Source: Candidatus Bathyarchaeota archaeon (GTDB lineage Archaea; Thermoproteota; Bathyarchaeia; Bathyarchaeales; Bathycorpusculaceae). From it: a stretch of DNA of 64,000 nt. Position 1 is the first letter of the stretch. Every line of letters starts with the position of its first letter. A model generated the notes under the pieces. The model was not told the DNA's origin and searched no databases. It worked only from the letters and a program-made list of their open reading frames with translations. Where the stretch lies: the NCBI GenBank assembly GCA_963828195.1, contig CAWHDT010000005.1:288001-352000 (forward strand). Reading direction: 5' to 3'. Shown here piece after piece: positions 19,316-29,098 of the stretch. Made by a program: the position numbers and the translations under genes.

Positions 19316-19382
19316 CTGCGTAGGGGCGGCTTAGCGAAAGGTTAAAAGCTAATTGAGCGACACTATCGAATCAGCGGTGGGT

Positions 19383-19935
19383 ATGGACAAAGTAAAGATA
19401 GCATTAACAGTCCTTTCAATTTTAATTATAGTTGTTCCCCTTGCAATCGTGGCTTATGAATACCGAAATAACGTAGATGCGCTAGTTGTTCCTCCCGAAA
19501 TTCAGAGCCTGGAGAACGGTGGCAACTCCAACTTCTACAGGATCAATATCTGAGCAGCCGCAGTTTCAAGCACCTCAGCTTGAGAGCCAACAATATAATG
19601 CCCAAACGGGAGCGTTTGCAGTTTCCTTCAACTTCACTAATCCCTTAACAAATCCAGTTTCAATTGACAGCCTCTCAGCAGAAGTAGTGTCAGCAGACGA
19701 CGCCGCCTTAGGAAACATATCACTAGATCAGCCGATCCAGATTACGCCCGGTGAAACTTCCACCATTAACGTTTCTGGAATGCTGGATCAAAACGCAATA
19801 AGCCAGTTTGAAGCCCAAAATCCCGGGGTCAGCGGCATCAACATTTCCCTTGCAAACCTGAACATCAACGTCGCAGGCATCAACGTGCATATGGACCAGG
19901 TAAGTGATGCGGGGCAGATTCAGCTTCCAGGGTGA
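19383..19935 (+). pseudogene. Membrane-anchored LEA-2-like beta-sandwich protein, one frameshift
   Basis: TM N-terminus (19383-) and FTNP-containing beta domain (-19935) lie in adjacent frames; they join near 19530. Confidence 0.65.
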
Positions 19936-20558
19936 ACATGATGGGTCGAAGCATAAACTGGTTTGGGTTGGCGGCTGGAATCACCACTTTAATCGTGCTT
20001 CCTATCTCCCTTTATTTTCCGTGGTGGCAGTTGACAATCGGGCAAAACCTAGTAAAGATTAACTCGTCCCCAATGAACACGAATTTCGCGTTGTTCGGCG
20101 GAGCCCAATTTACAGTGCCGCTGATTTGGGCGATGAACCTTATAAGCATCTTAACCTTCACCGCAGCCGGCATAATAATGCTGATTTACTCAATTAACCC
20201 CACAAAATCCTACTCTAAACAACTGCTTGGCTTCTCATACAAGAAACCTTTGTATGCAGTGGTCTCTTTTGCAGTGGGCATAGTCGCGATCGTGTTAGTC
20301 ACTGGATTCCTCGGAATGAACATACCTCTTATCGGCTCAAAAACTGTTGTTCTGCCAACGCAACTTGTCTCCAATGACCTAAGCATCACCGCTTCAGTTT
20401 CATCCGGCTTTCAATTCCCCTTCTACATTGCAATAGCAGCCGCCGCCCTCTGCATAGTGGCAAGACTGTACCATAGAAACCTCGCCAAAGCTCTCCTGAA
20501 AACACCTGAAACATTAATGCCGTCGCCCGAAACCTCAGCAGCCCCCGCTTCAGCTTAA
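19932..20558 (+). CDS. Membrane protein (about 4 TM)
   Basis: FPWWQL motif, hydrophobic segments, 4-nt overlap with the upstream gene. Confidence 0.8.
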   Translation: MNMMGRSINWFGLAAGITTLIVLPISLYFPWWQLTIGQNLVKINSSPMNTNFALFGGAQFTVPLIWAMNLISILTFTAAGIIMLIYSINPTKSYSKQLLGFSYKKPLYAVVSFAVGIVAIVLVTGFLGMNIPLIGSKTVVLPTQLVSNDLSITASVSSGFQFPFYIAIAAAALCIVARLYHRNLAKALLKTPETLMPSPETSAAPASA

Positions 20559-20647
20559 GCCATTTTGTGTTGGTTTTTTGACAAATACTGTGAAGGTCTA
20601 TGGGCAGCGGGTTTCTGAGCGGGCTTGCTTTGGGTTGGCTTTTTGCG

Positions 20648-20880
20648 GCTGAATTTTGCTGTAAATTTTAATTTTGAAAGAACAACAACACTTTGGAAAC
20701 AACTGTTGTTCTTCTGGGCAATATTTATTTTTAAAAGAAGAAGAAGCTGGTGAAAACAATTTTTCTTCTTCTTCTGCCTGGCATATTTGTGGCAGTTTTT
20801 GGCACAAATAGTAGGCAGGTCTATATGTAGACGCAGTTTGGGTCAGGGCTTGTTTCATGTCGGTTTTATGGTTTAGACCA
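20648..20880 (+). repeat. Dispersed intergenic repeat, copy 2
   Basis: Same two inverted repeats with 16- and 18-nt spacers; diverged tail CAAATAGTAGGCAGGTCTATATGTAG...CAGGGCTTGTTT. Confidence 0.9.
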
Positions 20881-21230
20881 TAAATTAAGCTTAAACCTAA
20901 CTTGTTTCCCACTGTAAAAACGAGGAAAACGCGTAAGAAACAGGTATAAACCTATTCATACCTGACTGAATGGCATCCGTCAAATGCGACAGCTCACCCA
21001 ATGCAGGGCTTGTCTTGGGTTGCTTTTTGATTTAGCGTTTGAAACAAGGTTAACTTATTTTGGAGAAAAAAAGGAAACTTGGCAAATCAACCCAATGCGC
21101 CTAATAGCCGCATCTACAAGATCCAAATAGAGACAAGCTCCAGCACAAATATTCAAGCCGCCACCGCTAAAGTTTAAAGGCTAAACCCACATTATTCTAT
21201 GAACCCGCAAAAAACCAAGCCAAAATTCAA

Positions 21231-21308
21231 GGGGCTGTCGGCTAGCTTGGTCTAGGCTTGTAGCCTCGGGCGTTATAGACGAGAGTTCAAATCTCTCCAG
21301 CCCCACCA
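21231..21308 (+). tRNA. tRNA-Pro(CGG)
   Basis: GGGGCTG/CAGCCCC acceptor, anticodon loop CT-CGG-GC, T arm GAGAG-TTCAAAT-CTCTC, encoded CCA. Confidence 0.92.
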
Positions 21309-21782
21309 ACTTTAAGGTTCTGAACCGTTTCAGGTTCAAGTATCAGCGGTTTTACTTTGTCCTTACAAGATATGAAAGAAATGAATTCAATATATAGTGC
21401 TCTCTAAAGAAGCCTAAGCTGGACGTTTCAGCTTTAACTTCGCCGCCTAATGGAGAAGTGCGTGGACATTTTTCTCTTTTATCTCTGCTTCCATTCCTTT
21501 TTTCCTTTGTTTTTCGTTTGGTTTTGTTTTTTCTCATTGTCCGGTTTGTTTTTAGTTTTGCTTTTTATTTTTGATAACCCTCCTTCATTATTAGACTGCC
21601 TGCGCTCCTTATCCGTGTTGCCTTCGTAGCTTCAAACCTTGACATAAACTTACAAAAAACAACTCATTAGCAAGTCCTAGACGTGGGGTCCTGAATGAAT
21701 CAGGCTTACCTAAGCAGAGAAGAGGATAAATATTTGCTGCTTCTGTTGAAAATCATAAAAAAGACGGAAAAATCAAAGAAAA

Positions 21783-22772
21783 CTAAGAACAAACTTTTTT
21801 ATCGGGCGTTTCGAGGTGCAGCTTCTTGGCTAGGTCCTTGTATCTGTTTCTAACTGTAACTTCGGTTACACCAGCTGCCTCGGCGATGTCTTTTTGTGTT
21901 TCTTTTTCAGTGTTCTGCAAGCATGCGATATAGAGTGCGGCGGCAGCTAAACCCATAGGGTCTTTTCCTGCTGAAACTCGTTTTTGCCTAGCTAACCTGA
22001 GTATTGCTATGGCTGCGCCCTGTGTTCTGCCAGATATTCCAGTTTTTTCTGCAATTTTTGAAACGTATGTCAACGGGTCAGAAATTGGCATGTGAAAATC
22101 AAGTTCTTTTAGCAGAAGTCGATAGCATCTTGCAACATCTTTCTTATCAACAAGACTAGCTTCGGAGATTTCGCTAAGGGTTCGGGGGGATCCACTTTTG
22201 CGGCAAGCAGCATAGAGTGACGCTGCGGCGATGGCGTTGATTGACCTGCCACGGACTAAGCCTTTGTCGAGTGCTTTTCTGTAAACGACGGCGGCTTTTT
22301 CTCTTACTGGCGGTGAGGCGGAAACTTTGCTTGATAAACGCTCAAGTTCAGCCATTGCTTGGGCCAGGTTCCGATCAATAGATGAGTGCACCCGACTGCG
22401 TATTTGCCATTTCCTAAGACGCCACATCTGTAACCTAGTGGATAAGGGTAGTTTTCTTCCAAACGCATCTCGGTCAACTTGGCTGATGGCTGTGGACAAG
22501 CCTTTATCATGAATTGAATATGATGTGGGCATGCCAACGCGGCTTCTTGAGGTTTTCTCTTCCGCGGTAAAAGCGCGCCACTCTGGACCCTTATCCATCA
22601 TTTGCTCATACAAAACAAGGCCGCAGTCACCGCAGATTGTTTCGCCCGAGTCGTAGTCGTGAACTAGATTTTTGCTTGCACATTCAGGGCACTTATCAAC
22701 CAAGTGCTGATTAGTTTTTGGTACCTCTTCAGATACACCAATTTGGGTTGTACTCATATTTTCTAACTCCAT
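21783..22772 (-). CDS. tfb: Transcription initiation factor IIB
   Basis: Zn ribbon CPEC/CGDCG, GPEWRAF B-reader, two cyclin folds, VTEVTVRNRY; start 22772 or 22757. Confidence 0.97.
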   Translation of the reverse strand: MELENMSTTQIGVSEEVPKTNQHLVDKCPECASKNLVHDYDSGETICGDCGLVLYEQMMDKGPEWRAFTAEEKTSRSRVGMPTSYSIHDKGLSTAISQVDRDAFGRKLPLSTRLQMWRLRKWQIRSRVHSSIDRNLAQAMAELERLSSKVSASPPVREKAAVVYRKALDKGLVRGRSINAIAAASLYAACRKSGSPRTLSEISEASLVDKKDVARCYRLLLKELDFHMPISDPLTYVSKIAEKTGISGRTQGAAIAILRLARQKRVSAGKDPMGLAAAALYIACLQNTEKETQKDIAEAAGVTEVTVRNRYKDLAKKLHLETPDKKVCS

Positions 22773-22975
22773 CAAACTATTAATTTTGTGAACATTCTCG
22801 ATTTTTTTCGGAGCGCGCAACAATTATGTTGAGCCTGCGGGGGCAATTTTGCAAAGGGATCTTTCCAGATAGATTGCCCCTAACCCTCATACGAGGATGT
22901 TCCAGGCTAACTGGCTTGCCCTTGCCTTTCATGCAGCGTCTTATAATGCAGTTATCAGTATTTGAGGACGCGACT

Positions 22976-23119
22976 TTATGGTTTGGTATTGATCCAAGTT
23001 CTTACTGCTTCTTGGACAGCTTTAGATAAGTCGCCTTTTTTGCCGCCGAATTGCTCCACAGTTTTCAATCTTAGCTGTTTTTCTAATTCATCTGAGATGT
23101 CAACGTTTATGCGACCCAT
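22976..23119 (-). CDS. 47-aa ribbon-helix-helix protein (not in ORF track)
   Basis: MGRINVDISDELEKQLRLKTVEQFGGKKGDLSKAVQEAVRTWINTKP; paralog at 55973. Confidence 0.8.
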   Translation of the reverse strand: MGRINVDISDELEKQLRLKTVEQFGGKKGDLSKAVQEAVRTWINTKP

Positions 23120-23801
23120 TTTACTCACTTGTCTTTATTTTTGAAATAAGCGAATTTTTAATAATTGCTGGTTTTTTTAACATTTTTTGTTTGCTTTGAG
23201 GTTGCTTATTTATATAAGCACAAATGAACATACACGCTTATAAGTATATGTGTTTAAGTGTGTAAATGTGATGGACTATTGCACACTTTGGCTTGCGGTA
23301 AGTAAATGATTAGAAAAAAAGAAAGAGATGAAACTGCAAAAACGAAAAGACCATAGCCCGCATGTCACCACCAAACCCCGCTTCTGGAGGATAATTCTTA
23401 ACTTTGTTGTCGGTTGAGTTGCCCACTGCTTTTTAGCCCGGTTTCATTTGAGACCAGAAGCTATTCCTTTTTTAATTTGAAAAATTTTTAAATTAAAGGG
23501 TTCACGGATCTCCAGCCCCCATAAAGCCTTTGCTCTGAACAACGTTGCATTTTCAGTAATTATGTCGGGGAATAAAAGAGAGTGGCCAAGGAAACAAACG
23601 AAGACGTCTGGAAAGATTGCACTGGCTTTCTACCTGAGGCTTTGGAAAGTTGCCATCTTCTCTTCGCTCTGATTCCAGAGATGAGGTCAAACGGCTTTGC
23701 GATGGTTCCTAACTTGAAAGGCAGGTAATGACCCCGGGAGTTTTGCAAAGAGACAAATGAAGAGAAATAAATTGAAAATAAGAAAGAAAAATTGGGTTGG
23801 T

Positions 23802-24035
23802 TTATTGTACCGCTTGCACTTTTTGTATTTCAGGGATTTTCTCTTTTAGTAGCGCTTCTATGCCGTTTTTAAGTGTCATCGCTGACATGGGGCAGCCTGC
23901 GCAGTGTCCGGTCAAGCGGACTTTCACAGTTTGCTTTTCAACTGCTACTAGTTCTACGTCTCCGCCGTCCATTTGAATTTGTGGTCTTATTTCGTCAAGG
24001 ACCGCTTGAACTCTTTTTTCGATTGAATCAGCCAT
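23802..24035 (-). CDS. NifU/NfuA-like Fe-S carrier domain
   Basis: IRPQIQMDGGDVEL, GHCAGCPMS, TLKNGIE. Confidence 0.92.
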   Translation of the reverse strand: MADSIEKRVQAVLDEIRPQIQMDGGDVELVAVEKQTVKVRLTGHCAGCPMSAMTLKNGIEALLKEKIPEIQKVQAVQ

Positions 24036-24126
24036 TTTAAACTTCACTTACCCCATTGAAAAGGGGTTTAATGATTAAAAAGTTCCGATGCGCCACAGAA
24101 ATTTTTGTTAAAAAATTTTGAACAAT

Positions 24127-24453
24127 CTATAGGATGCCCAGCATTGCTGCAACTGCAACACCGATTGAAGCTGCGCAAACCAGAATCATCAGCCCCTTTG
24201 ATTTGAAGAAGCTTTTTGTTTCTTCTTGACCCTCTTGGAACTCGTACTCTTTAATCTCTTTTGTTGCCGAGTTTATCTGCACTTTCGCCGTAGTTTTCTG
24301 AAACATCATCTCTACAACGTACAGTTCCCCGTCAAGCGAAACTTTCATCGGCAGCCAGTTCCCTTTGTAACCTAGCCGCTTCAGGAAATCAGCTGTCATA
24401 GCTGTTGCATTTTCAGCGTCGAACCGTGAAACCACTGTTGTTTCAGTAGACAT
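24127..24453 (-). CDS. Hypothetical protein with PepSY-like domain and C-terminal TM
   Basis: VQINSATKEIKEY and a hydrophobic tail. Confidence 0.7.
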   Translation of the reverse strand: MSTETTVVSRFDAENATAMTADFLKRLGYKGNWLPMKVSLDGELYVVEMMFQKTTAKVQINSATKEIKEYEFQEGQEETKSFFKSKGLMILVCAASIGVAVAAMLGIL

Positions 24454-24585
24454 GAATCTTCTCTGAGACAGAACATGGCGCTACACCATTTTAGGATTTA
24501 TGAAGCATAAAACAATATTTCAAATCCACATGGCTCGCCGCTTGGAAAAAAGCATCCGTTTTGCCCTTTGCAAAGAAAAAAGAGG

Positions 24586-24801
24586 TTACGGCATCGGTGT
24601 ACTTGGCAGTTGAGTTATGGTTCCGTTGATTGATTCAGTTTGGTTTAGAAGGTTGTTTGTCATGGTTTTGAGTTGGTCAAGTGCGGGAATATTGTTGGTG
24701 TTAAGTGCCTGCTCTGCCGTGCTCACGGCGTAGCTGATAACTACGCAAGAAAGCACCACAGCTGCCGTTATCAAAAGCAAAGTAGCTACTGCTGTCTCCA
24801 A
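24586..24801 (-). CDS. Small pilin/archaellin N-terminus-like protein
   Basis: ETAVATLLLITAAVVLS resembles a class III signal peptide H-domain, but the basic leader is absent. Confidence 0.55.
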   Translation of the reverse strand: METAVATLLLITAAVVLSCVVISYAVSTAEQALNTNNIPALDQLKTMTNNLLNQTESINGTITQLPSTPMP

Positions 24802-24977
24802 AGTTCTTCTCCTTCCTCAAACCTACTTTGCCGAAAAATCAATTTAAAAGGTGTTCTTTTTTCCAGATTATTCCTATTTTGGATATATATCAAGAATTGC
24901 AATAAGCGACTAACTGGTCAACTGTGGTTTTCCCCCTTAACTGCTTCTAGGCACCTCAAACCTTTCAGTTTAACCTT

Positions 24978-25499
24978 CTATTTGCTTGACGCCTGTTTTT
25001 CTGCAGGTGGCGTAGTCGAGGACGCAGGAGCCGCCGTTGGCGCTGTTTCAGGTTTTTCTGTGGGCGCTTGGTTTTGGGGAGCGCTTGACAGTATCTGTAT
25101 TTTTTCCGCCATTGGATGTAGAAGGTCAGGCGGGGGATAGGGCGTGTTTAGGTTTGATGACAGAATGTAGATTGAGTTGAAAACGTGCTGGTAGATGGTG
25201 AAGAGAATTTGGGGAATTTTTGTTTTAGGGTTAACTTCCAATTTTTTCTTGATGTCATCAGCTTTTCCCATCAGGGTGACTGTGCCAGTGGTGTTGTATT
25301 TTACCACGTTTGGCTTGGTTGAAATCGCCAATGCAAAGCTAAGTGTCACTTCGTTTGTGCCTTTTTTTTGTTCTTCCAGCTTCGCGTTTACGTCAAAAAA
25401 CAATTCATCTTTGGAGAGGTATTCGCCAGTTCGTTCAGCCTGTAAACTATTAAGAGTGATGGAAACTATGACTCCCGAGACAGAATACTGTGGGTTTAC
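24978..25499 (-). CDS. Hypothetical protein, SecB/arcadin-1-like alpha/beta pattern; start uncertain
   Basis: Frame open to TGA at 25520; extension VSITLNSLQAER upstream of the first TTG (25403). Confidence 0.65.
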   Translation of the reverse strand, partial: VNPQYSVSGVIVSITLNSLQAERTGEYLSKDELFFDVNAKLEEQKKGTNEVTLSFALAISTKPNVVKYNTTGTVTLMGKADDIKKKLEVNPKTKIPQILFTIYQHVFNSIYILSSNLNTPYPPPDLLHPMAEKIQILSSAPQNQAPTEKPETAPTAAPASSTTPPAEKQASSK

Positions 25500-25593
25500 G
25501 ACTGATTCCTCTCTACATCATTTCTGCGATTTTAATATTTAACTTTGCTTATAGCTAGCGCGCTAACCACCCTTGCAATCGATAAGCTCCCGC

Positions 25594-26271
25594 TTACGGT
25601 TGGTCGGAGCTGTAGAATGCTGGCACCGAAAGTTCCCCTATGAACTTGAAAGTTTCATCTCCCTTAGAGTTTGCTTTAGGTTTAAGCACGATTTTTTTAG
25701 GGATGTCTTCTTCAATGTAAACTATGTAGCTGACGGTTGTTCCTAACCCTAAGCGGGCAAGCTGCTGAACGGTCGTCTTAAACTTTTCATTTTCCTGAAT
25801 TTTCTTGTTTATTTTTTCAATTGCCTCAAACAGAATTTCTGTCTGGCCTTGCTCGGTGAATGAAATTGCAATGTCGCCTGATTGAACCCAGTTTGATGTT
25901 TCTTCTTTTCCTTTCGCTCCCTTTTTACCCTTATCTGTTGGCTCCACTGGCTTCTTTGATTGGCTGCGCAGGGTCTTTTGGAGGGCAGCTGATTTCTGGT
26001 ACCATTCTTCGGTTTTGTGGGCGCCTTCAAAGTCCCTGAGTAACGTGCCCAGCCACTGACTATAATCTTCAAACAATGCTTTGTACTGGAGCGTTTGGTT
26101 TGCCAAAAACTCTGTAAGATCCTTAAGTGATGTAAATGTGCGTATCTCTGTTCCCGTTTTTTCCACTTCCTTTTCCAGTTTCCCTTGGGATTTAGATGTA
26201 TTAGTACGGTTAGTTTTTGGATAATAGGATTTGTCCATTGTAGAAATTACATACTTTTCAAGGTGTACCAC
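25594..26271 (-). CDS. Hypothetical coiled-coil protein
   Basis: Long ORF with helical heptads; the start is probably downstream (about 26166). Confidence 0.75.
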   Translation of the reverse strand: MVHLEKYVISTMDKSYYPKTNRTNTSKSQGKLEKEVEKTGTEIRTFTSLKDLTEFLANQTLQYKALFEDYSQWLGTLLRDFEGAHKTEEWYQKSAALQKTLRSQSKKPVEPTDKGKKGAKGKEETSNWVQSGDIAISFTEQGQTEILFEAIEKINKKIQENEKFKTTVQQLARLGLGTTVSYIVYIEEDIPKKIVLKPKANSKGDETFKFIGELSVPAFYSSDQP

Positions 26272-26338
26272 AAAATCTAAGGCGGTTTAGCAAAGTTTCA
26301 GCAATCCTTTGGCAGCCTTACTTCTGCCGATTATATGC

Positions 26339-27397
26339 TTAGCCGATTACTTTCGACACGTAAGGTATTTTCTTCAGCAAAAGAATTATTCCAAGAGACA
26401 CAAACAGGACAATCACAGTCATCAATGGGACCCCGATGATTGAGTTTATAGTGTTGCCGTTAATCGCGAAGCCGAGGTAGCCTCTTTGGATGGTTTCAAG
26501 AACCATGACGTGAAAGAGGAATATGGGTAAAGAGTTTACGCTGATTAATTTAACAAATTTATTGACTTTGGATGGTTTGGTCTCTTTCTGAACTGGCGCT
26601 GGCTTAACAGTGATTAACAGCAAAAACACCATAACTGCAGCCAAAATAATTGTGGGGCTCAGATACTGTTGGAAGAAATACATTTCTCCTCCTCCAACGG
26701 TTCCAGCAATTATGTAGGTGCCTATTGCAGTCAAGGCTACTCCGAGAATCATGAATAATGAAAGTGTTTGGCGACGCACCTGCACAGTGAGCAGGTATGT
26801 GCCTAAAACAAAGTAGCCCACGTACCCTGTAATCGTTAAGACTTCATTATTCAACTGGTAGGTAGTTAAGATCCCCGCAACTGGAATAAAGGCTGCACCC
26901 AAAAGCCACAGCACCACCAAATATTTCACCAGATTATCTTCTGCATGAGCCAAAAATATGCGTAAGATCGGCGTCAAGAGGTAGAGTCCAGCGAGCATGT
27001 AGAGGTACCAAAACTGGTAGTATGGACCATTAAGTATGCCATTGATAATGGCGCCTGAAGTAAAAGCTTGATGCTCCACCAAAAAGTCCCATGCGAAGTA
27101 GGCGCCACCCCAAAATATCCATGGCAGACCTATTCGAGCCCACCGCTTCTTGAAAAAAGTACTGAGGCTTTCGTTCTTTGAGGGTTGAAGAAGAAGCGCA
27201 CCGGTTAACATGACAAACAATGGCACTCCGATTCGTCCGAGGGATTGGTAAACGTCAACCGTGGTCCAACGGATGATTTCAAACTGATTCATCTGTTGAA
27301 TAGTTAAATCGTTTGCGGAATGAAGCAGAATAACGCCTATTATTGCTACGGTGCGGATTAAGTCAACGGGAATAGCGCGCCCTCTCAGTTGATTCAG
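26339..27397 (-). CDS. Acyltransferase family 3 membrane protein (probable CTG start)
   Basis: DLIRTVAIIGVILLH upstream of the ATG, VPLFVMLTG, QFWYLY, YFVLG; CTG at 27397 is in frame after an upstream TAG. Confidence 0.88.
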   Translation of the reverse strand: MNQLRGRAIPVDLIRTVAIIGVILLHSANDLTIQQMNQFEIIRWTTVDVYQSLGRIGVPLFVMLTGALLLQPSKNESLSTFFKKRWARIGLPWIFWGGAYFAWDFLVEHQAFTSGAIINGILNGPYYQFWYLYMLAGLYLLTPILRIFLAHAEDNLVKYLVVLWLLGAAFIPVAGILTTYQLNNEVLTITGYVGYFVLGTYLLTVQVRRQTLSLFMILGVALTAIGTYIIAGTVGGGEMYFFQQYLSPTIILAAVMVFLLLITVKPAPVQKETKPSKVNKFVKLISVNSLPIFLFHVMVLETIQRGYLGFAINGNTINSIIGVPLMTVIVLFVSLGIILLLKKIPYVSKVIG

Positions 27398-27527
27398 CTT
27401 CTCTACCTATCCCAAATTACATCATAGGAACATTTTATGTTAATAAAAGTTGACTTGCCACAATCGAGAATGCATGTTTCATTTAATCTGCAACAATAAA
27501 AGCGTTTTTTCAATAAGTGGAGCCTCT

Positions 27528-28190
27528 TTAGATTAGGTTACTGAATATGTCATCGGCGATTATTTTTGATCCTGTACTGTTAGGATGAACTCCATCGGGA
27601 AAACAATACCCGTCATCACTCAAAGCTGAATACACGTTAATTACTGGCGAATTAGTCTCTTTTGCTGTCTGCTCGATGAGGGGCACTATATTTTGAGCGA
27701 AATATTTGGGGTCAATGCCTGTTCCATTGTTAAAAACCGGCGGCGGCAAAACAATCCACACCTTCGGTTTGCTGCTGAGAGATTGGAACGCAGAAACTAG
27801 GTTGACGTAGTCAGCCACAAAACTTGCGTTGTACTGCTCAAGGTCCGGGTGGGCGTCGTTTGTTCCCAGCATAATGATTACTATGTTCGGCTGAAACTTT
27901 GTTGCATTTAAAAATTGGCTGGAATTCATGTAGGGATTGGACGATTCGAGACAAACTGAGGAGCCGCTGTCGCCAAAATTGCGGACCTGATAGTTGGGTC
28001 CAAGCAGCATCGCAAGGTCAAATGGGTACCAAGTTCCCTGTGTGATGCTGTCGCCGACGCAGGCAACACGAATTTTAGTTATTGAAAAATCAGTCGTTAC
28101 GGTGCCCAAAATGAAGACTGAGGAGATTCCTGATAAGACGATAAGAACTGCTATTGCAATTACGAGGAATCTTACTTTATTTTTGTTCAT
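27528..28190 (-). CDS. SGNH/GDSL acetylesterase, membrane-anchored
   Basis: GDSIT, MLGTND, DGVHP; N-terminal TM. Confidence 0.92.
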   Translation of the reverse strand: MNKNKVRFLVIAIAVLIVLSGISSVFILGTVTTDFSITKIRVACVGDSITQGTWYPFDLAMLLGPNYQVRNFGDSGSSVCLESSNPYMNSSQFLNATKFQPNIVIIMLGTNDAHPDLEQYNASFVADYVNLVSAFQSLSSKPKVWIVLPPPVFNNGTGIDPKYFAQNIVPLIEQTAKETNSPVINVYSALSDDGYCFPDGVHPNSTGSKIIADDIFSNLI

Positions 28191-28357
28191 ATTGCGTTCT
28201 TCACAGTAAACTGGATTTTGCTGTATGCTTGCTTGGATTAATGAAAATAACTGCTCATTAACTTAACGGAAAAACCCGCGTCCGCTGAGTCGGAGCAACT
28301 GTTTGCTGATAAATACGTTAAAAAAGTGATTAAGATGCATTTGACACTTGACGAAGA

Positions 28358-29098
28358 CTATACTCCGCCCGATAAGAGACGATGCTTAGAAGTGTTTTTT
28401 TCGATTTTCTGCACAGAGCCGACCTTTCCAATATAAGCAATATCGGTCAAGCCGACAAAAAAACCTGTTTCCACAACGCCTGGAATCATCTTTATCTTCA
28501 CCTCGAACTCGGCGGGGAAAGCTACTTCGCCAAAATATGTATCCAAAATGGCGTTTCCATTGTCCGTTATGACTGGACCTAGCTTTCCTTTTCCTTCCCT
28601 AAGAACAGGCGCGCCGCCGACTTGGATGATTTTTTGTTTGACAAGCGAAATGGCAAAGGGCAAGACCTCGATTGGCACTGACTGGTTATTTTCACCTAGC
28701 ATTTTGACTTTTTTCTTTTCGTCAGCAATGATGATGTTGAGTTTAGAGGCTGCGGCAACGATTTTTTCCCTTGCTAAAGCTGCGCCCATGCCCTTGATTA
28801 AAAACAATTCGGGAGTTACTTGATCTGCCCCGTCGATAGTTACGTCAATTTGGGGATGTTCATCTAAAGTCGTGATTGGAATGCCACATTCGACAGCAAG
28901 CAGGAACGCTTGATACGAAGTTGGAATGCCCATAACCCTTAGTTTTTCACGTTTTACTCTTTCACCCAGTGCTTCTATGGCAAAAGCCGCTGTACTGCCG
29001 CTTCCCAAACCGACAATAAAGCCGTCTTTAACATGTTTAACCGCTTCTAAGGCTGCGTTCTGTTTTGCCCTTTGAATTGGGTCAAGGTTAGCTTTCAA
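28358..29098 (-). CDS. rpiA: Ribose-5-phosphate isomerase A
   Basis: GLGSGST, DGADQV, IKGMGAALAREK, TDNGN, PGVVETG. Confidence 0.96.
   Translation of the reverse strand: MKANLDPIQRAKQNAALEAVKHVKDGFIVGLGSGSTAAFAIEALGERVKREKLRVMGIPTSYQAFLLAVECGIPITTLDEHPQIDVTIDGADQVTPELFLIKGMGAALAREKIVAAASKLNIIIADEKKKVKMLGENNQSVPIEVLPFAISLVKQKIIQVGGAPVLREGKGKLGPVITDNGNAILDTYFGEVAFPAEFEVKIKMIPGVVETGFFVGLTDIAYIGKVGSVQKIEKNTSKHRLLSGGV

Noticed and set aside
20598-20912. 104-aa minus-strand ORF
   Set aside because: Spans repeat copy 2; the frame is not preserved in copies 1 and 3, so it is probably spurious
23350-23750. Short ORFs on both strands between the RHH gene and nifU
   Set aside because: No domain signal or clear initiation context
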